Assembly: GCA_965249575.1 (NCBI GenBank) | Contig: OZ252244.1 | Coordinates: forward strand, 1,152,001-1,216,000 | DNA length: 64,000 nucleotides | Source of the DNA: Gemmatimonadales bacterium | Lineage (GTDB): Bacteria > Gemmatimonadota > Gemmatimonadetes > Gemmatimonadales > GWC2-71-9 | Direction: 5' to 3' | Part shown: positions 38,512 through 49,101 of the stretch, piece by piece | Position numbering within the stretch: the first letter of the stretch is position 1 | How the letters are laid out: each line of letters begins with the position of its first letter | The notes under the pieces: generated by a model | What the model saw: the letters and a program-made list of their open reading frames with translations, nothing else | The model's database searches: none | Told to the model about the DNA's origin: nothing | Position numbers and translations under genes: made by a program

Positions 38512-40092
38512 ATGACCAGCAAGCAGGACGCATCCACGACACGCACTCGCGCTTGGACGCGGTTCGGATTATTGCTAGCGCTCACGCTTGTCCTAGGCGT
38601 TGGACTGGCCTGGACCGTTTACATGCCGACGCACTCCGAGGCTCAGCAACGCGTCGTGGCTTCGCTTCAGGCCACCGCTCCGGCGCCGGTGGCCGAGCCG
38701 ACCGCTCTGACCCATTGGAACGACGCCTTTACGGCGGCCGCGGAAGCCGTGCGGCCCGCGGTTGTTTTCATCCGTGCCGAAACCCGTGAAGAGGCCACTG
38801 CGCAGCGTCGGTCACCGTCGCCGTTCTGGTTCGACGTTCCGGACGACCGATCCCCGCGGCGGCGCCAGGGATCGGGGAGCGGCTTCATCATCTCTCCCGA
38901 CGGGTACATCTTCACGAATAATCACGTCGTGGAGGGCACGACGAAGCTCGAGGTGTTGCTGTTCGACCGGCGGGAGTTCCCGGCAAAGGTCGTGGGGCGC
39001 GATCCCGATACCGACGTGGCGGTGATCAAGATCGATGCGGAGGACCTTCCAGCCGTCTCGTTCGGCGATTCCGATTCGGTCCGCGTAGGCGAATGGGTGC
39101 TCGCCGTCGGGAACCCACTGGGCGAACAGTTCTCGTTTACAGTCACCGCCGGCATCGTGAGCGCCAAGGGCCGGCGGCTCGGCCTTTCGGGACAGACCCA
39201 GTACCGCATTCACGATTTCATCCAGACAGACGCGGCGATCAACCGTGGAAACTCGGGCGGGCCACTCGTCAACGCCCGGGGTCAGGTGATCGGAATCAAC
39301 TCTGCCATCGCGAGCGAGACGGGGTTCTACCAGGGATACGGATTCGCCATCCCGAGCAGCCTCGCCCGCACCGTGGGGCAACAGCTCATTTCGAAGGGGA
39401 AGGTCACGCGTGCAGTTCTCGGGATCTCCATCCGGCCCATCGAACCCGAGGACGCGGCGTACGTCGGCCTGGATTCCATTCGAGGCGTTGTGGTGCAGGA
39501 TTTCTCTGGGCGGGACAGTCCGGCGCGGCGCGCCGGCCTCGAGCCCGGGGACGTGATTGTCGCCCTCGATGGAGAGACCATTACCTCCGTCGCGCAGTTG
39601 CAGCAGGCGGTCCGCTTCAAGACACCTGGCGAGGAAGTCAGAGTTACCGTCCAACGGCAGGGCGGGGAGCAGGCGAAGTATGGCGTGCGCCTCATGTCCG
39701 CGCCCGATGACAACGAGCGGGTAGCATCGGGCGCCGCGCGGCCCGATCCATCGGACGGAAGCGAGAGCTACCAACAGAAGCTCGGCATCAATGTCCGAGA
39801 GCTGGACGAAGCCGAAGCCAGCCGTCAGCAACTTTCCGGGGAGAACGTCGGGCTGGTCGTGACGCACGTCGATCCGGATGGTCCCTCGGAGGGCAAGCTG
39901 CTACCCCAGCGAGACCCGAACGGAACGGACATCATCACGCACATAAACAACAGGCGGGTTCGAACCCTCTCGGAACTGAACTCGGCGCTTGCACGCGTCG
40001 CGTCGGGCGAGATCGTATCGCTCAGGACCGTTCTCCGTGCGCGGAGCGGGAGCCTTTCCCGTGTCGTACGCATTCGGGTAGGCGGACCGTAG
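38512..40092 (+). CDS. Do/DegP/DegQ family serine protease with PDZ domains
   Basis: GSGFII, TNNHVV, DVAV and TDAAINRGNSGGPL. Confidence 0.95.
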   Translation: MTSKQDASTTRTRAWTRFGLLLALTLVLGVGLAWTVYMPTHSEAQQRVVASLQATAPAPVAEPTALTHWNDAFTAAAEAVRPAVVFIRAETREEATAQRRSPSPFWFDVPDDRSPRRRQGSGSGFIISPDGYIFTNNHVVEGTTKLEVLLFDRREFPAKVVGRDPDTDVAVIKIDAEDLPAVSFGDSDSVRVGEWVLAVGNPLGEQFSFTVTAGIVSAKGRRLGLSGQTQYRIHDFIQTDAAINRGNSGGPLVNARGQVIGINSAIASETGFYQGYGFAIPSSLARTVGQQLISKGKVTRAVLGISIRPIEPEDAAYVGLDSIRGVVVQDFSGRDSPARRAGLEPGDVIVALDGETITSVAQLQQAVRFKTPGEEVRVTVQRQGGEQAKYGVRLMSAPDDNERVASGAARPDPSDGSESYQQKLGINVRELDEAEASRQQLSGENVGLVVTHVDPDGPSEGKLLPQRDPNGTDIITHINNRRVRTLSELNSALARVASGEIVSLRTVLRARSGSLSRVVRIRVGGP

Positions 40093-40112
40093 GTCGTACG
40101 GCATCGGATAAG

Positions 40113-40146
40113 ACGCGCCCGGCCGCCAGGTCGGGCGCGTTTTCTT
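40113..40146 (+). terminator. Intrinsic terminator after dnaK-degP
   Basis: ACGCGCCCGGCC-loop-GGTCGGGCGCGT followed by TTTCTT. Confidence 0.75.
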
Positions 40147-40263
40147 GACCGGATCGATTAGTGCGGCAACCGACAGGCGCGCCCTCGCGTGATCTGCGAC
40201 GAGCAATATATTGGATCCTGGTTGCTTCCCTTGGGCAGGGCGACTTCCGCCAAAGGAGCGGCG

Positions 40264-40803
40264 ATGGACTTTCAGAGGATCCTGCGGGAAGGACTCGTGG
40301 CAGGCTTGATCGGTGCAGCTTCAGTTGCGGTCTGGTTTCTCCTTGTGGACGTGGTAGCGGGACAGCCGTTGTTCACGCCGGCCATGCTCGGCGATGCGGT
40401 GTTCTGGGGAGAGCGGAACCCCGACACTGTCGATGTCACGTTCGCCCGGGTGATCGCCTACACGATGCTTCACTTCGTGGCGTTTGGGGTCGTGGGAATG
40501 ATCGCGGCGTTGATGGCCCACGAGGTTGAGCGCTTCCCGACCACGCTCTTCATCGGCGTGGTCTTCTTTGCGGTGTTCGAGGTCGGGTTCTACATCGTCG
40601 TTGCAATCATGGCGAGTCCGCTCCTGGGCGCGTTGGCATGGTGGAACGTCGCGATCGGCAACGCCATTGCCGCCTTGGGAATGGGCTACTACCTGTGGCG
40701 CATGCACCCGAAGCTGCGGGAGAAGCTCGCGACGCACCCCCTGGGCGAGCCGGCGGAGGAGCCCATCGTCGCGCCACCCCAGCCGCCGGTGGAGAACCGC
40801 TAG
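40264..40803 (+). CDS. Hypothetical membrane protein
   Basis: AAGGAG RBS; four to five hydrophobic helices. Confidence 0.75.
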   Translation: MDFQRILREGLVAGLIGAASVAVWFLLVDVVAGQPLFTPAMLGDAVFWGERNPDTVDVTFARVIAYTMLHFVAFGVVGMIAALMAHEVERFPTTLFIGVVFFAVFEVGFYIVVAIMASPLLGALAWWNVAIGNAIAALGMGYYLWRMHPKLREKLATHPLGEPAEEPIVAPPQPPVENR

Positions 40804-41684
40804 GCAGAACGCGGTTCGTCGGAGCCGGCAGCGGGTTCAGGCCGGCGTTCGATCGGCAACGGCCCCTCGTCCGCGGGCCGTTGTCCTTCCTGGGCGGCCC
40901 ATCGGAACCAGACGATCGTCATGGCCGCCCACACGACCAGCATACCAGGGACCCACATGATCAGCCCCCCGATACGCTGATCCTCGAGCGGCGTGAGCGG
41001 AAGCACCCGCGGGGCCTGAACGTACCACAGATACAATGGCCGCTCCGCCAACGTGATGAGGGCGCCAACGAGAGCCATCGGCAGGCCGAGTGCGAACAAA
41101 TAGATGAGTTGGCCCGCAAACGGGAGGCGGGGGTACTTGCCCGTGGGACTCAGAATGGGCCACCACCCCAACGTCGCGGCGGCCGTCAGTGAGATATGCA
41201 TGCCGATGTGCACGTCGTGATCCACCATCGCCGCATCATAGGCAAATGGGAAATGCCACAACGCCAGCACGCCGCTCGCTACACCAAACGTGACGACCGG
41301 CTTCGTGAGGAATCGCGCGACTGTGTCGATCACTCGCGAGCGGGTTAGCCACTCGACCACCCAGCCCGGCGTGCCGAGCAGAAGACAGACGGGAACGGCG
41401 TAGGTGAACAGCAGCGGGTGCTGGACCATGTGCGCGCTAAAGAGGTAACGGTCGCTCAGATCGTGCAACGGGCCGTTGAGCGCCACGACGAGGATGGCGA
41501 ACGCCCCGCCCAGAAAAGCGACCTGCCGCCACGACGCACGGCGCTTCAGCCGGCGCCCAAGCGCGCCGATGAGGAGTGCGTAACATCCCGCGATCGTGGC
41601 GATCCCCGCCAGAGCGCTGGGATACCACTTCCAGAATGTCCATCGGAACGGCTCGGCCAGTGCGAGATCCACTGCGGTCATCAT
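40800..41684 (-). CDS. ctaG: Cytochrome c oxidase assembly protein (caa3-type CtaG)
   Basis: LFSAHMVQH, WHFP and DQRIGGLIMWVPG; at the end of the cox operon. Confidence 0.88.
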   Translation of the reverse strand: MMTAVDLALAEPFRWTFWKWYPSALAGIATIAGCYALLIGALGRRLKRRASWRQVAFLGGAFAILVVALNGPLHDLSDRYLFSAHMVQHPLLFTYAVPVCLLLGTPGWVVEWLTRSRVIDTVARFLTKPVVTFGVASGVLALWHFPFAYDAAMVDHDVHIGMHISLTAAATLGWWPILSPTGKYPRLPFAGQLIYLFALGLPMALVGALITLAERPLYLWYVQAPRVLPLTPLEDQRIGGLIMWVPGMLVVWAAMTIVWFRWAAQEGQRPADEGPLPIERRPEPAAGSDEPRSA

Positions 41685-41697
41685 CGACGGCGCGTAA

Positions 41698-42006
41698 TCA
41701 CCCCAACGAGAACGCCCCCAACAGGAAGAGCAACGCGATGATCACGGCCGTCGCGATGAGCAGCGGAAGGGCGAACACGAACGTGAAAAGCTTGTGGTCG
41801 CTCTTGAGGTGCATGTAGAACATGACGACCAGCGCGAACTTCCCGGCAGACAGGAGAAGCAAAGTCGGCGCGAGCAGCGGCGCGAACGCGGGGACGTAGA
41901 ATACCCCGACCTCGACGAACGTGATTACAGCGAGCACAGCCGCGACGGCCAGGTATGTCCCGGTCGAGGGGTGCTGATGCTCTGACGCGCTCGATTGATC
42001 CGTCAT
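41698..42006 (-). CDS. Cytochrome c oxidase subunit IV
   Basis: LAVITFVEV...KFALVVMFYMHLK; ATG overlaps the subunit III stop. Confidence 0.88.
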   Translation of the reverse strand: MTDQSSASEHQHPSTGTYLAVAAVLAVITFVEVGVFYVPAFAPLLAPTLLLLSAGKFALVVMFYMHLKSDHKLFTFVFALPLLIATAVIIALLFLLGAFSLG

Positions 42007-42605
42007 TTCGGCGTGGTCTGAATGAGGTACACGACGGTGAAGATCACGATCCAGACGACGTCGACGAAGTGCCAGTATAATCCGGCGATCTCGACGTTCA
42101 GGGCCTTCTCCGGACCGAGCCGCCCCCCAACCACCAGCACCAAGAGAGTGAGCAGCCACACGACCCCGACGAATACGTGTGCCCCATGGAACCCGGTCAG
42201 GGTGAAGAAAGTGGAGCCAAAGAGATTCGTCGTGATGGTGAGCCCTTCGCTCACGAAATGGGTGAACTCGTAGACCTGAAACCCCAAGAACACGAGTCCG
42301 AGTCCCGCGGTTGTCATGAGCCACACCGGAGCCCACACCCGGTCGCCCCGCCGGACGGCCGCAAGCGCCAAGACCATTGCCAGGCTCGACATCAGGAGAT
42401 CGAAAGTGCTGACTGACGTCAGCGGAATGTTGAGAATCTCGTGAGTCGTCGGGCCCGTGACGCTGCGTCCCTCGTAGGCGAGGTACGTGACGATGAGCGA
42501 GCCGAACAGCAGGCACTCTGAGCCGATGAACGTCCAGAACGCGATCTTGCGCGAATCGAGCCCGGTACTCGTATGGTGCGCAGTCGCGGCGTGGGTCATC
42601 GTCAC
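42003..42605 (-). CDS. Cytochrome c oxidase subunit III
   Basis: FIGSECLLFG, TGFHGAHV and GLYWHFVDVVW. Confidence 0.95.
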   Translation of the reverse strand: MTMTHAATAHHTSTGLDSRKIAFWTFIGSECLLFGSLIVTYLAYEGRSVTGPTTHEILNIPLTSVSTFDLLMSSLAMVLALAAVRRGDRVWAPVWLMTTAGLGLVFLGFQVYEFTHFVSEGLTITTNLFGSTFFTLTGFHGAHVFVGVVWLLTLLVLVVGGRLGPEKALNVEIAGLYWHFVDVVWIVIFTVVYLIQTTPK

Positions 42606-44419
42606 ACCTCGAAGGGCTCGAAGGCCCAGCCGTAGACGCTCGCCACCAGCAAAGCGGCCCCGGTTAGCGCGACCCAGAGCGACTGCACGAGCCCGCCCGT
42701 CGCCACGAGGATGACCGCCACCGCTGCGAGGATCGGCCAGTACGAGCCTTCAGGCACGTGGATCGGCGCGGGAGGCTCGGGCGGAATGGCCTTCATGTGG
42801 GTCCTGGACCAGCCCGGCAGGCGGCTCACGACCTGCGGGATGACCGTGAAGTTGTAGACCGGCGGCGGGGAGGGGATGGTCCATTCGAGAGTCGCTCCTC
42901 CCCATGGGTCGGGCCCTGCGACTTGGCCGCGCCGTAGCGACCACAGGGCATTGGCGACGAAGATCAGCGCCGAGACGCCGATGATTAACGAGCCCACGGT
43001 AGAGACGAGGTTCAAATCGCCAAGGCCCAGCTCCGGCCCGTACGTATAGACTCTCCGTGGCATTCCCAGCATGCCAATAAAGTGCATCGGGAAGAACGTG
43101 AGGTTCATCCCGATGAAGTTGAGCCAGAAGTGCCACTTACCCATGGGCTCGTTCAGGAGCTTGCCCGTGATCTTCGGCCACCAGTAGTAGATCCCCGAGA
43201 ACAGACCGAAGATCGCTCCACCGAACAGCACGTAATGGAAATGCGCGACGACGAAGTAAGTATCGGTCTGCTGCAGATCGGTGGGCGCGGACGCGTGCAT
43301 GACCCCTGACAGCCCGCCGATGATGAACATCGACACGAACCCGACCGCGAACAGCATCGCCGAGCTGAACCGAATCTGGCCGCCCCACATGGTGGCGATC
43401 CAGTTGAAGATCTTCACGCCGGTGGGAATGGCAATGAGCATCGTGGCCGCAGAGAAGACCGAATCGGCTATCGGCCCCAGGCCGACCGAGAACATGTGAT
43501 GGCTCCACACGCCCCACCCCATGACGCCGATGAGGACGCCCGAATAAACCACCACGGCATACCCGAACAGTGGCTTACGCGAGAACGTCGGCAGCACCTC
43601 CGAGACGATCCCCATCGTCGGCAGTATCAGGATGTAGACCTCCGGGTGGCCGAAGAGCCAGAAGAGATGTTGCCAAAGTAACAGATCTCCACCCGCGGCC
43701 ACCGAGTAGAACGTCGTGCCGAAGAGACGGTCGAAGGTCAGAAAGACCAAGGCGATCGTAAGGACTGGAAACGCCGTGACAACGATGAACTGCGTGATGA
43801 GCGCCATCCACGTGAACACGGGTAACCGCATCATGGACATGCCGGGAGCGCGCAAATTGATGATGGTCGTGATGAAGTTGAACCCCGCCGCAAGCGACGC
43901 GACGCCAAGCACCTGCAGTCCGATGGCCCAGAAATCGATGCCGAGGCCGGGAGAATACTGCTTCGCCGTCAGGTTCAGGTAGCCGAACCAGCCACCGTCC
44001 GGGGCGGCCCCAACGAGAAAGCTCGCGTTCAAGAAGAGCCCGCCAAACAAGAACACCCAATAACTGAACGCATTGAGTCGCGGGAACGCGACGTCTCGCG
44101 CCCCGATCTGGAGCGGCACGATGTAATTGAAGAATGCTGCGGACAACGGCATGATGGCGAGGAACACCATCGTCGTACCGTGCATGGTAAACAACTGATT
44201 GTATGCTTCGGCCGAGAGCAGCGTATTATCCGGCGCGCCGAGCTGCAGCCGGAGAAGCAGGGCCTCGAGGCCGCCGATGAGAAAGAATGCAAAAGCGGAG
44301 ACACCGTACAGGATACCGATCCGCTTGTGATCGGTCGTGACGATCCAGGACCAGAATCCGCTAGGGGCCGGCGGCTGGCTCGTGCCTACGTTTTGGGCGT
44401 CGATCGCGTGGCTTCCCAT
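42602..44419 (-). CDS. ctaD: Cytochrome c oxidase subunit I
   Basis: DHKRIG, TMHG, FGHPEVY, WSHH and AHFHY. Confidence 0.97.
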   Translation of the reverse strand: MGSHAIDAQNVGTSQPPAPSGFWSWIVTTDHKRIGILYGVSAFAFFLIGGLEALLLRLQLGAPDNTLLSAEAYNQLFTMHGTTMVFLAIMPLSAAFFNYIVPLQIGARDVAFPRLNAFSYWVFLFGGLFLNASFLVGAAPDGGWFGYLNLTAKQYSPGLGIDFWAIGLQVLGVASLAAGFNFITTIINLRAPGMSMMRLPVFTWMALITQFIVVTAFPVLTIALVFLTFDRLFGTTFYSVAAGGDLLLWQHLFWLFGHPEVYILILPTMGIVSEVLPTFSRKPLFGYAVVVYSGVLIGVMGWGVWSHHMFSVGLGPIADSVFSAATMLIAIPTGVKIFNWIATMWGGQIRFSSAMLFAVGFVSMFIIGGLSGVMHASAPTDLQQTDTYFVVAHFHYVLFGGAIFGLFSGIYYWWPKITGKLLNEPMGKWHFWLNFIGMNLTFFPMHFIGMLGMPRRVYTYGPELGLGDLNLVSTVGSLIIGVSALIFVANALWSLRRGQVAGPDPWGGATLEWTIPSPPPVYNFTVIPQVVSRLPGWSRTHMKAIPPEPPAPIHVPEGSYWPILAAVAVILVATGGLVQSLWVALTGAALLVASVYGWAFEPFEV

Positions 44420-44429
44420 CCCCGCGACC

Positions 44430-45476
44430 CTACGTCTTGCTGAGGAGGTACGCGACGAGTGCCGCGACCTCCTCCTCAGTGAGATCGATGTCGGGCATGA
44501 GGCTGCCAGGCTTGACGCCGACGGGGTCTACCAGCCAGCGCCTCAGGCCCTCAGCGGTATTCGGAAGAATGCCCGACGCGATGGTGGTGCGAGACCCGAC
44601 GTGGGACAGACTCGGACCCAGCTCGCCAGCAGACATGCCATCCATGGTGTGGCAGACGATGCAGGAGTGGTTCGCGGGAGTCCGAATCTTCCGAAACGCT
44701 TCTTCACCCTGACGAGCCAGGTCGCTTTCCGGATCGATCGGCGGCGGCGGCCCCTGCTGATTGGCGACCCAAGCCTCGAACGCGGCCGAATCGTCCACGA
44801 ACACCCGGAGCCGCATGTTCGCATGCGACGCGCCGCAGAACTCGGCGCACTGGCCGAGATACATCCCAACGGAATCGGGAGTGAACGCCAACCGGTTTGT
44901 ACGGCCGGCGATGGCATCCCGCTTTCCGCCGAGCTGAGGCGCCCAAAAACTATGGATCACGTCGGCGGATGTGATGGACAAGCCAACGGGTCGTCCCTGC
45001 AGCAAGTGGAGTTCGTTGGCGGTAACGATCTCCAAGTCCGGATACCGGTACTCCCACCACCACTGGTGGCCGACCACTTCGACGATGAGAGCACCCTCAT
45101 CGGGAGTCCCATCCGTCGCGAAGATGGTCTGAACCGTTGGAACTGCGATGAACACCAGGATGACGGCTGGAGCGAGCGTCCAGCCGACCTCCAACAGGGT
45201 GTTGCCGTGAACCCGCTCGGGGGGTGGCTGACCCGGGCGTGCGCGAAACCGGATGATCGCGTAAACAAGTAAGGACTCGACGACGACGAAAACCCCGACC
45301 GCCCACCAGAAAATCGTGAGGTACAGCTCCTCGAGCTCGACGCCGAGGTCTGATGTCGTAGAAAAGGTCGATTGGGGGAAGGGACCGGCACAGGCCTGCG
45401 CAACCATCACGAGAGCGAGGATGACGGGCAACGCCTTCCTTGCACCAGATATGCCGAGCGGCGGGGCGCTCGTCAT
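44430..45476 (-). CDS. ctaC: Cytochrome c oxidase subunit II with fused cytochrome c (caa3 type)
   Basis: QWWWE, DVIHSF and CAEFCGASHANM (CuA); CIVCH heme motif. Confidence 0.95.
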   Translation of the reverse strand: MTSAPPLGISGARKALPVILALVMVAQACAGPFPQSTFSTTSDLGVELEELYLTIFWWAVGVFVVVESLLVYAIIRFRARPGQPPPERVHGNTLLEVGWTLAPAVILVFIAVPTVQTIFATDGTPDEGALIVEVVGHQWWWEYRYPDLEIVTANELHLLQGRPVGLSITSADVIHSFWAPQLGGKRDAIAGRTNRLAFTPDSVGMYLGQCAEFCGASHANMRLRVFVDDSAAFEAWVANQQGPPPPIDPESDLARQGEEAFRKIRTPANHSCIVCHTMDGMSAGELGPSLSHVGSRTTIASGILPNTAEGLRRWLVDPVGVKPGSLMPDIDLTEEEVAALVAYLLSKT

Positions 45477-45687
45477 TCCCTGCAAGACGCGAGGCTCGAG
45501 ACTGAAGCGACCGTACGCCGACCCGGCATCGCGCGTATGGTAGCACAGCCAATCGTGCCGGTCAACGTCCACGGGCGGGCGCGTGCTCACCCGAGGAGCA
45601 AAAGGAGCGCGCCGTGCGTATCTTTCCAACCCGAACCGACGATGTACGTGTAGTAGACCCCTCTAAAACGCCCGCCGGAGCAGTACG

Positions 45688-46094
45688 ATGGTAGAGTACA
45701 CCGCCCACTACGCATTGAGCACCGAGGTCGACTTGCCCTATGAGCAGGCGGTCGAGCTGACCCGTGAGGCCCTCAACAACGAAGGCTTTGGGGTCCCGAC
45801 CGAGATCGATGTCAGGGCGGCGCCCAAGAACAAGCTCGACGTCGACTTCCAGCTGTACGTATCCTCGGAGCCTGTAACCCACCCCTGGCTCACCAGGCGC
45901 TCACCGCCGAACGAGACATCGGCTTCCTGCTGCCCTGCAATCTGATCGTGTACGAGGGGGACGCACCCGGGCAGCACGATCACCGCCCTCGACCCGCTCG
46001 AACAGCTCATGCCTGCGGGACACAAGGACCTCGAACCACTCGCACTGCAGGTCAGGAGCAGATCGAGCGGGTCTTGGACTCGCACGCCACCTAA
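45688..46094 (+). pseudogene. DUF302 family protein with two frameshifts
   Basis: [17 protein letters not shown], shift near 45862 to [26 protein letters not shown], second shift near 46053. Confidence 0.8.
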
Positions 46095-46150
46095 CACCAG
46101 CGGGTGCGGCGTACCACACGCCCCGTGTAACGTCGCCGAGAGGACCCCCC

Positions 46151-46528
46151 GTGCCCAAAGCATCTGCCGTGACCCATTACCGGTGGGACGACATCCCCCG
46201 CGAGCAGCTCACTGATCTGATCGACCGGCGGCTGATCACGGGCGATCGCATGATGCTCGCCCAGATCTTTCTAAAAAAGGGATCCGTTGTTCCCAAACAC
46301 CATCATGAGAACGAACAACTGACGTACGTGGTCGACGGCGAGCTCAAGTTTTTCATAGGCGAGGATCAATCGGAGATCGTTACCGTGCGTTCCGGAGAGG
46401 TGTTGCACCTGCCCTCGAACGTTCCCCACGAGGCTCACGCCATCAGGGACACGTTTGACGTCGACATCTTCAGCCCACCGAGGCAGGACTGGCTCGACAA
46501 AACCGACGATTACCTGCGAGGAAAGTAG
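46151..46528 (+). CDS. Cupin domain protein
   Basis: VPKHHHENEQ...PSNVPH...DIFSPPRQDW. Confidence 0.92.
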   Translation: MPKASAVTHYRWDDIPREQLTDLIDRRLITGDRMMLAQIFLKKGSVVPKHHHENEQLTYVVDGELKFFIGEDQSEIVTVRSGEVLHLPSNVPHEAHAIRDTFDVDIFSPPRQDWLDKTDDYLRGK

Positions 46529-46570
46529 GAGATCGACTAGCGGGCCGTAGTCGTATTGCGGTGCGAGCCC

Positions 46571-46873
46571 TCAGTTGAGCCGCGGGTCGAACCCGACGAG
46601 TTCTCGGCCGGCGGCATCGAAGCGGTCGGATTCGCCGAACGCCTCGCCTTCGCCGGCCCATGGCTCGGGTTGTTCGAGAGGTGGAGCAGCGCCGCGCCGC
46701 TCGCGCGCTCTCAGGATCCAAAGCGCCGCAGCTAGCACCGTAGCCGACACGGCGAGGAGGGTTGTCGCGCCGAGTGCAAAGGACTCCCAGTGCAGCCACG
46801 ACATCATCGCGTGGCCACGCGATCGGTCTCGCTCATAGTCCACCCGCCGCCCGAAACGCGTCCGGGTGCGCAT
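46571..46873 (-). CDS. Small hypothetical single-TM protein
   Basis: One hydrophobic helix; start uncertain. Confidence 0.5.
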   Translation of the reverse strand: MRTRTRFGRRVDYERDRSRGHAMMSWLHWESFALGATTLLAVSATVLAAALWILRARERRGAAPPLEQPEPWAGEGEAFGESDRFDAAGRELVGFDPRLN

Positions 46874-47279
46874 GGGATTGCCCCCGGGCAGATAAGCGTG
46901 GGCCCAGCAACATGAACACAACGAGCCCCCCACATCCAAGTATGACGTAACGCAACAACCCATCAAATCTCCCGGCCGTGGACCGTGACGCCCGTCACAT
47001 TTGGTATCGACCCAACCCCTGAAAGGCTTAACCACGTTCGCCCGGGAGTCCGGGTAAGGGCGTCAATCCGGCAGAAAACGCCTGTGGGCCTCCGAAAATG
47101 GCAAAATTCTCCGCTTTCGGCCACCAAATACCCTCTAACTCCGTGTCGGGCAAGAAACTTGCCGATTCTACCCTCGGGGATCGGGGTCCCCACCAGCGGC
47201 TTTAAGGGCCTGGCTGGGGTCATCGGCCGGCGGGCCGGGGTAGGACCGGATAAGGCTCGGATTTAGGAGGAACTACGGC

Positions 47280-47996
47280 ATGATCGTGCCGAGCATTCAC
47301 CGCGCACTGCGACGCAGCGACCTCACGAAGCTCGTGTTGGAAATCGCGCGCGCCGAGCCTGACGCCGCTGAGCCCGCCGCGCGGGCACTCGAGGCGGGGG
47401 AAGTCGACGTCCTGCTCGACCAACCAGCTGCTTTGGAGGCGGTCCGCGGGCGGGGCGGGGTCCCCGCCCCACTCCCGCTGACGCTGTTATGGTACGTCCC
47501 GGTCCGAGCGGCGCTCAGGGAACGTGGTGAGTCGGCCGTCGACCTGGCCGACTACACGGCGAGCGTCCCGCTTGCGTGCGTTCGAATCCCCACCGCCGCC
47601 GCGGGCACCCAGGGCTGGGCGGGGCTCGCGGACTTTCAACGTGCGATCTCCTCTCTTCCGCGGGACACGCTCGTCCGTGGGGAGCGCGCGGCGGACTGCG
47701 GGGCCGTTGCGCTTTGGTGGGCCGCCTGTTTTCCCGAGCGTCTCTACCATCGGGCGGGGAAAGGAATCGTTCGCGCCTACGTGGCCTTTGCCGCCGGTGC
47801 GTTCAGCGAAGCCGCACGAATCCTGGGTAACACGATGCCAGAAATCGCCCGGCTCCTGACGGCTGGGTCGGAGCGAATCGACCAGCTCTATGGAGCCCTT
47901 CGCTCAACCGCCGTCGACTACCTTGGCCGAAACGCGCATACTGCGGACGGAAGGATCAACCGCTACCTCGCTCGTCTCGAAGGCTCGCTCAGCTAA
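47280..47996 (+). CDS. Hypothetical protein
   Basis: Strong AGGAGG RBS; 238-aa ORF; no motif recognised. Confidence 0.7.
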   Translation: MIVPSIHRALRRSDLTKLVLEIARAEPDAAEPAARALEAGEVDVLLDQPAALEAVRGRGGVPAPLPLTLLWYVPVRAALRERGESAVDLADYTASVPLACVRIPTAAAGTQGWAGLADFQRAISSLPRDTLVRGERAADCGAVALWWAACFPERLYHRAGKGIVRAYVAFAAGAFSEAARILGNTMPEIARLLTAGSERIDQLYGALRSTAVDYLGRNAHTADGRINRYLARLEGSLS

Positions 47997-48004
47997 CGAC
48001 CTGG

Positions 48005-49101
48005 CTAGGCAAACGCCCTTCGCCAGCCGAAGTACGCCGCTCGGGCAATCACCCCGGCGGCACCCCGCCTCATCTTGAGTAGCAAGCCGGTGTTCGACAC
48101 CACGCCCTGCAGCGGCATCGCAGCCTCGACTCGATTCCCCTCCTCGAGCAGCTTCTCCCGCCATCGCTCGCTCATGTAGTTCGCCCTGAGAACCGACAAG
48201 CGCCATCGCACCGCCCGGCGGAGGTCGTATCGCGGCGAGCGCGGCGCGAGGGGGGGGTGAGCACCACGCCACCGAGCGCCGCGCCGGTGGCCAGCCATAT
48301 GAGGGCTCGAGCGCGATCGGACTCTCCCGACTCAAGGCGCTCGCCGATCAGGTCCCAATCGACCGCACGCCCACTGGCACATACCGCCGCGGCATCGAGC
48401 AAGAAGCGCAAACGGAAGCCGGCCGCCCCCTGATGCACTCCGTGAGCCACGCCGTGCCAGAGAAGCTCCGTGGCGGAAGGCACTTTGAGGCCAAGTCCGT
48501 CGTGCTCGACCACGTCGCCGTCACTCGCGGCCCTCCGCCATGCCTCCTCGGGGGGAATACGGAGCGAGGTCGATGTGTGGATCTCCACCGCCACCCCCCC
48601 TGGGCGGGAGAGGGGATCGAGGTGAAAGTGCCCGAGCGGCGGCTCTACCATGACCTCGTAGCCCGCCGAGCGCAGGCACTCCCATAGCGGACGCGCGCAT
48701 GCCTCGGGAACCAACAAGTCGATGTCTAGCGTATCCCGGGCATCCGCATACGGGTACAGAGCCGCCGCCGCGCGCCGTGCGGAGCCCTTCAGCAACACGC
48801 TCGGAACCCCTTCGCGCGCCGCTATCCGAGCGACCTTCACAGTCTCCGCATCGATGAGCATTCCGCGCGCGGCCAGGCGTTTTGCTTCGCGCGCGAGCGA
48901 GCCAAAGAAGTGGGGACGAGTCGATCGCGAGAACAAGTCGCCCTTGCGGAGGCGGCGATAGAGCCAGAGGGCGCACCCCTCATAGTCCACGAGGTCGAAT
49001 AGACCAGTCGTATCAGCCGCCAGCCACGCGTCGTCGAGCGAGTTCGTGGAAGGATCTTCGCCGAGCCGCAGCGTCTCAAGCAGCAGATCGGGAAGCTGCA
49101 C
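48005..49101 (-). CDS. Nucleotidyltransferase family protein (NTP_transf_5-like), frameshifted at a G8 tract (48250-48257)
   Basis: LLKG, RDTLDIDLLV, VEIH, LLWHGVAH and LRFLLD; one extra C would join it to the frame ending at 48005. Confidence 0.85.

Noticed and set aside
47149..47162. Sigma-54-like GG-N10-GC upstream of the 47280 gene
   Set aside because: Weak -24 match and no supporting evidence; chance occurrence is likely
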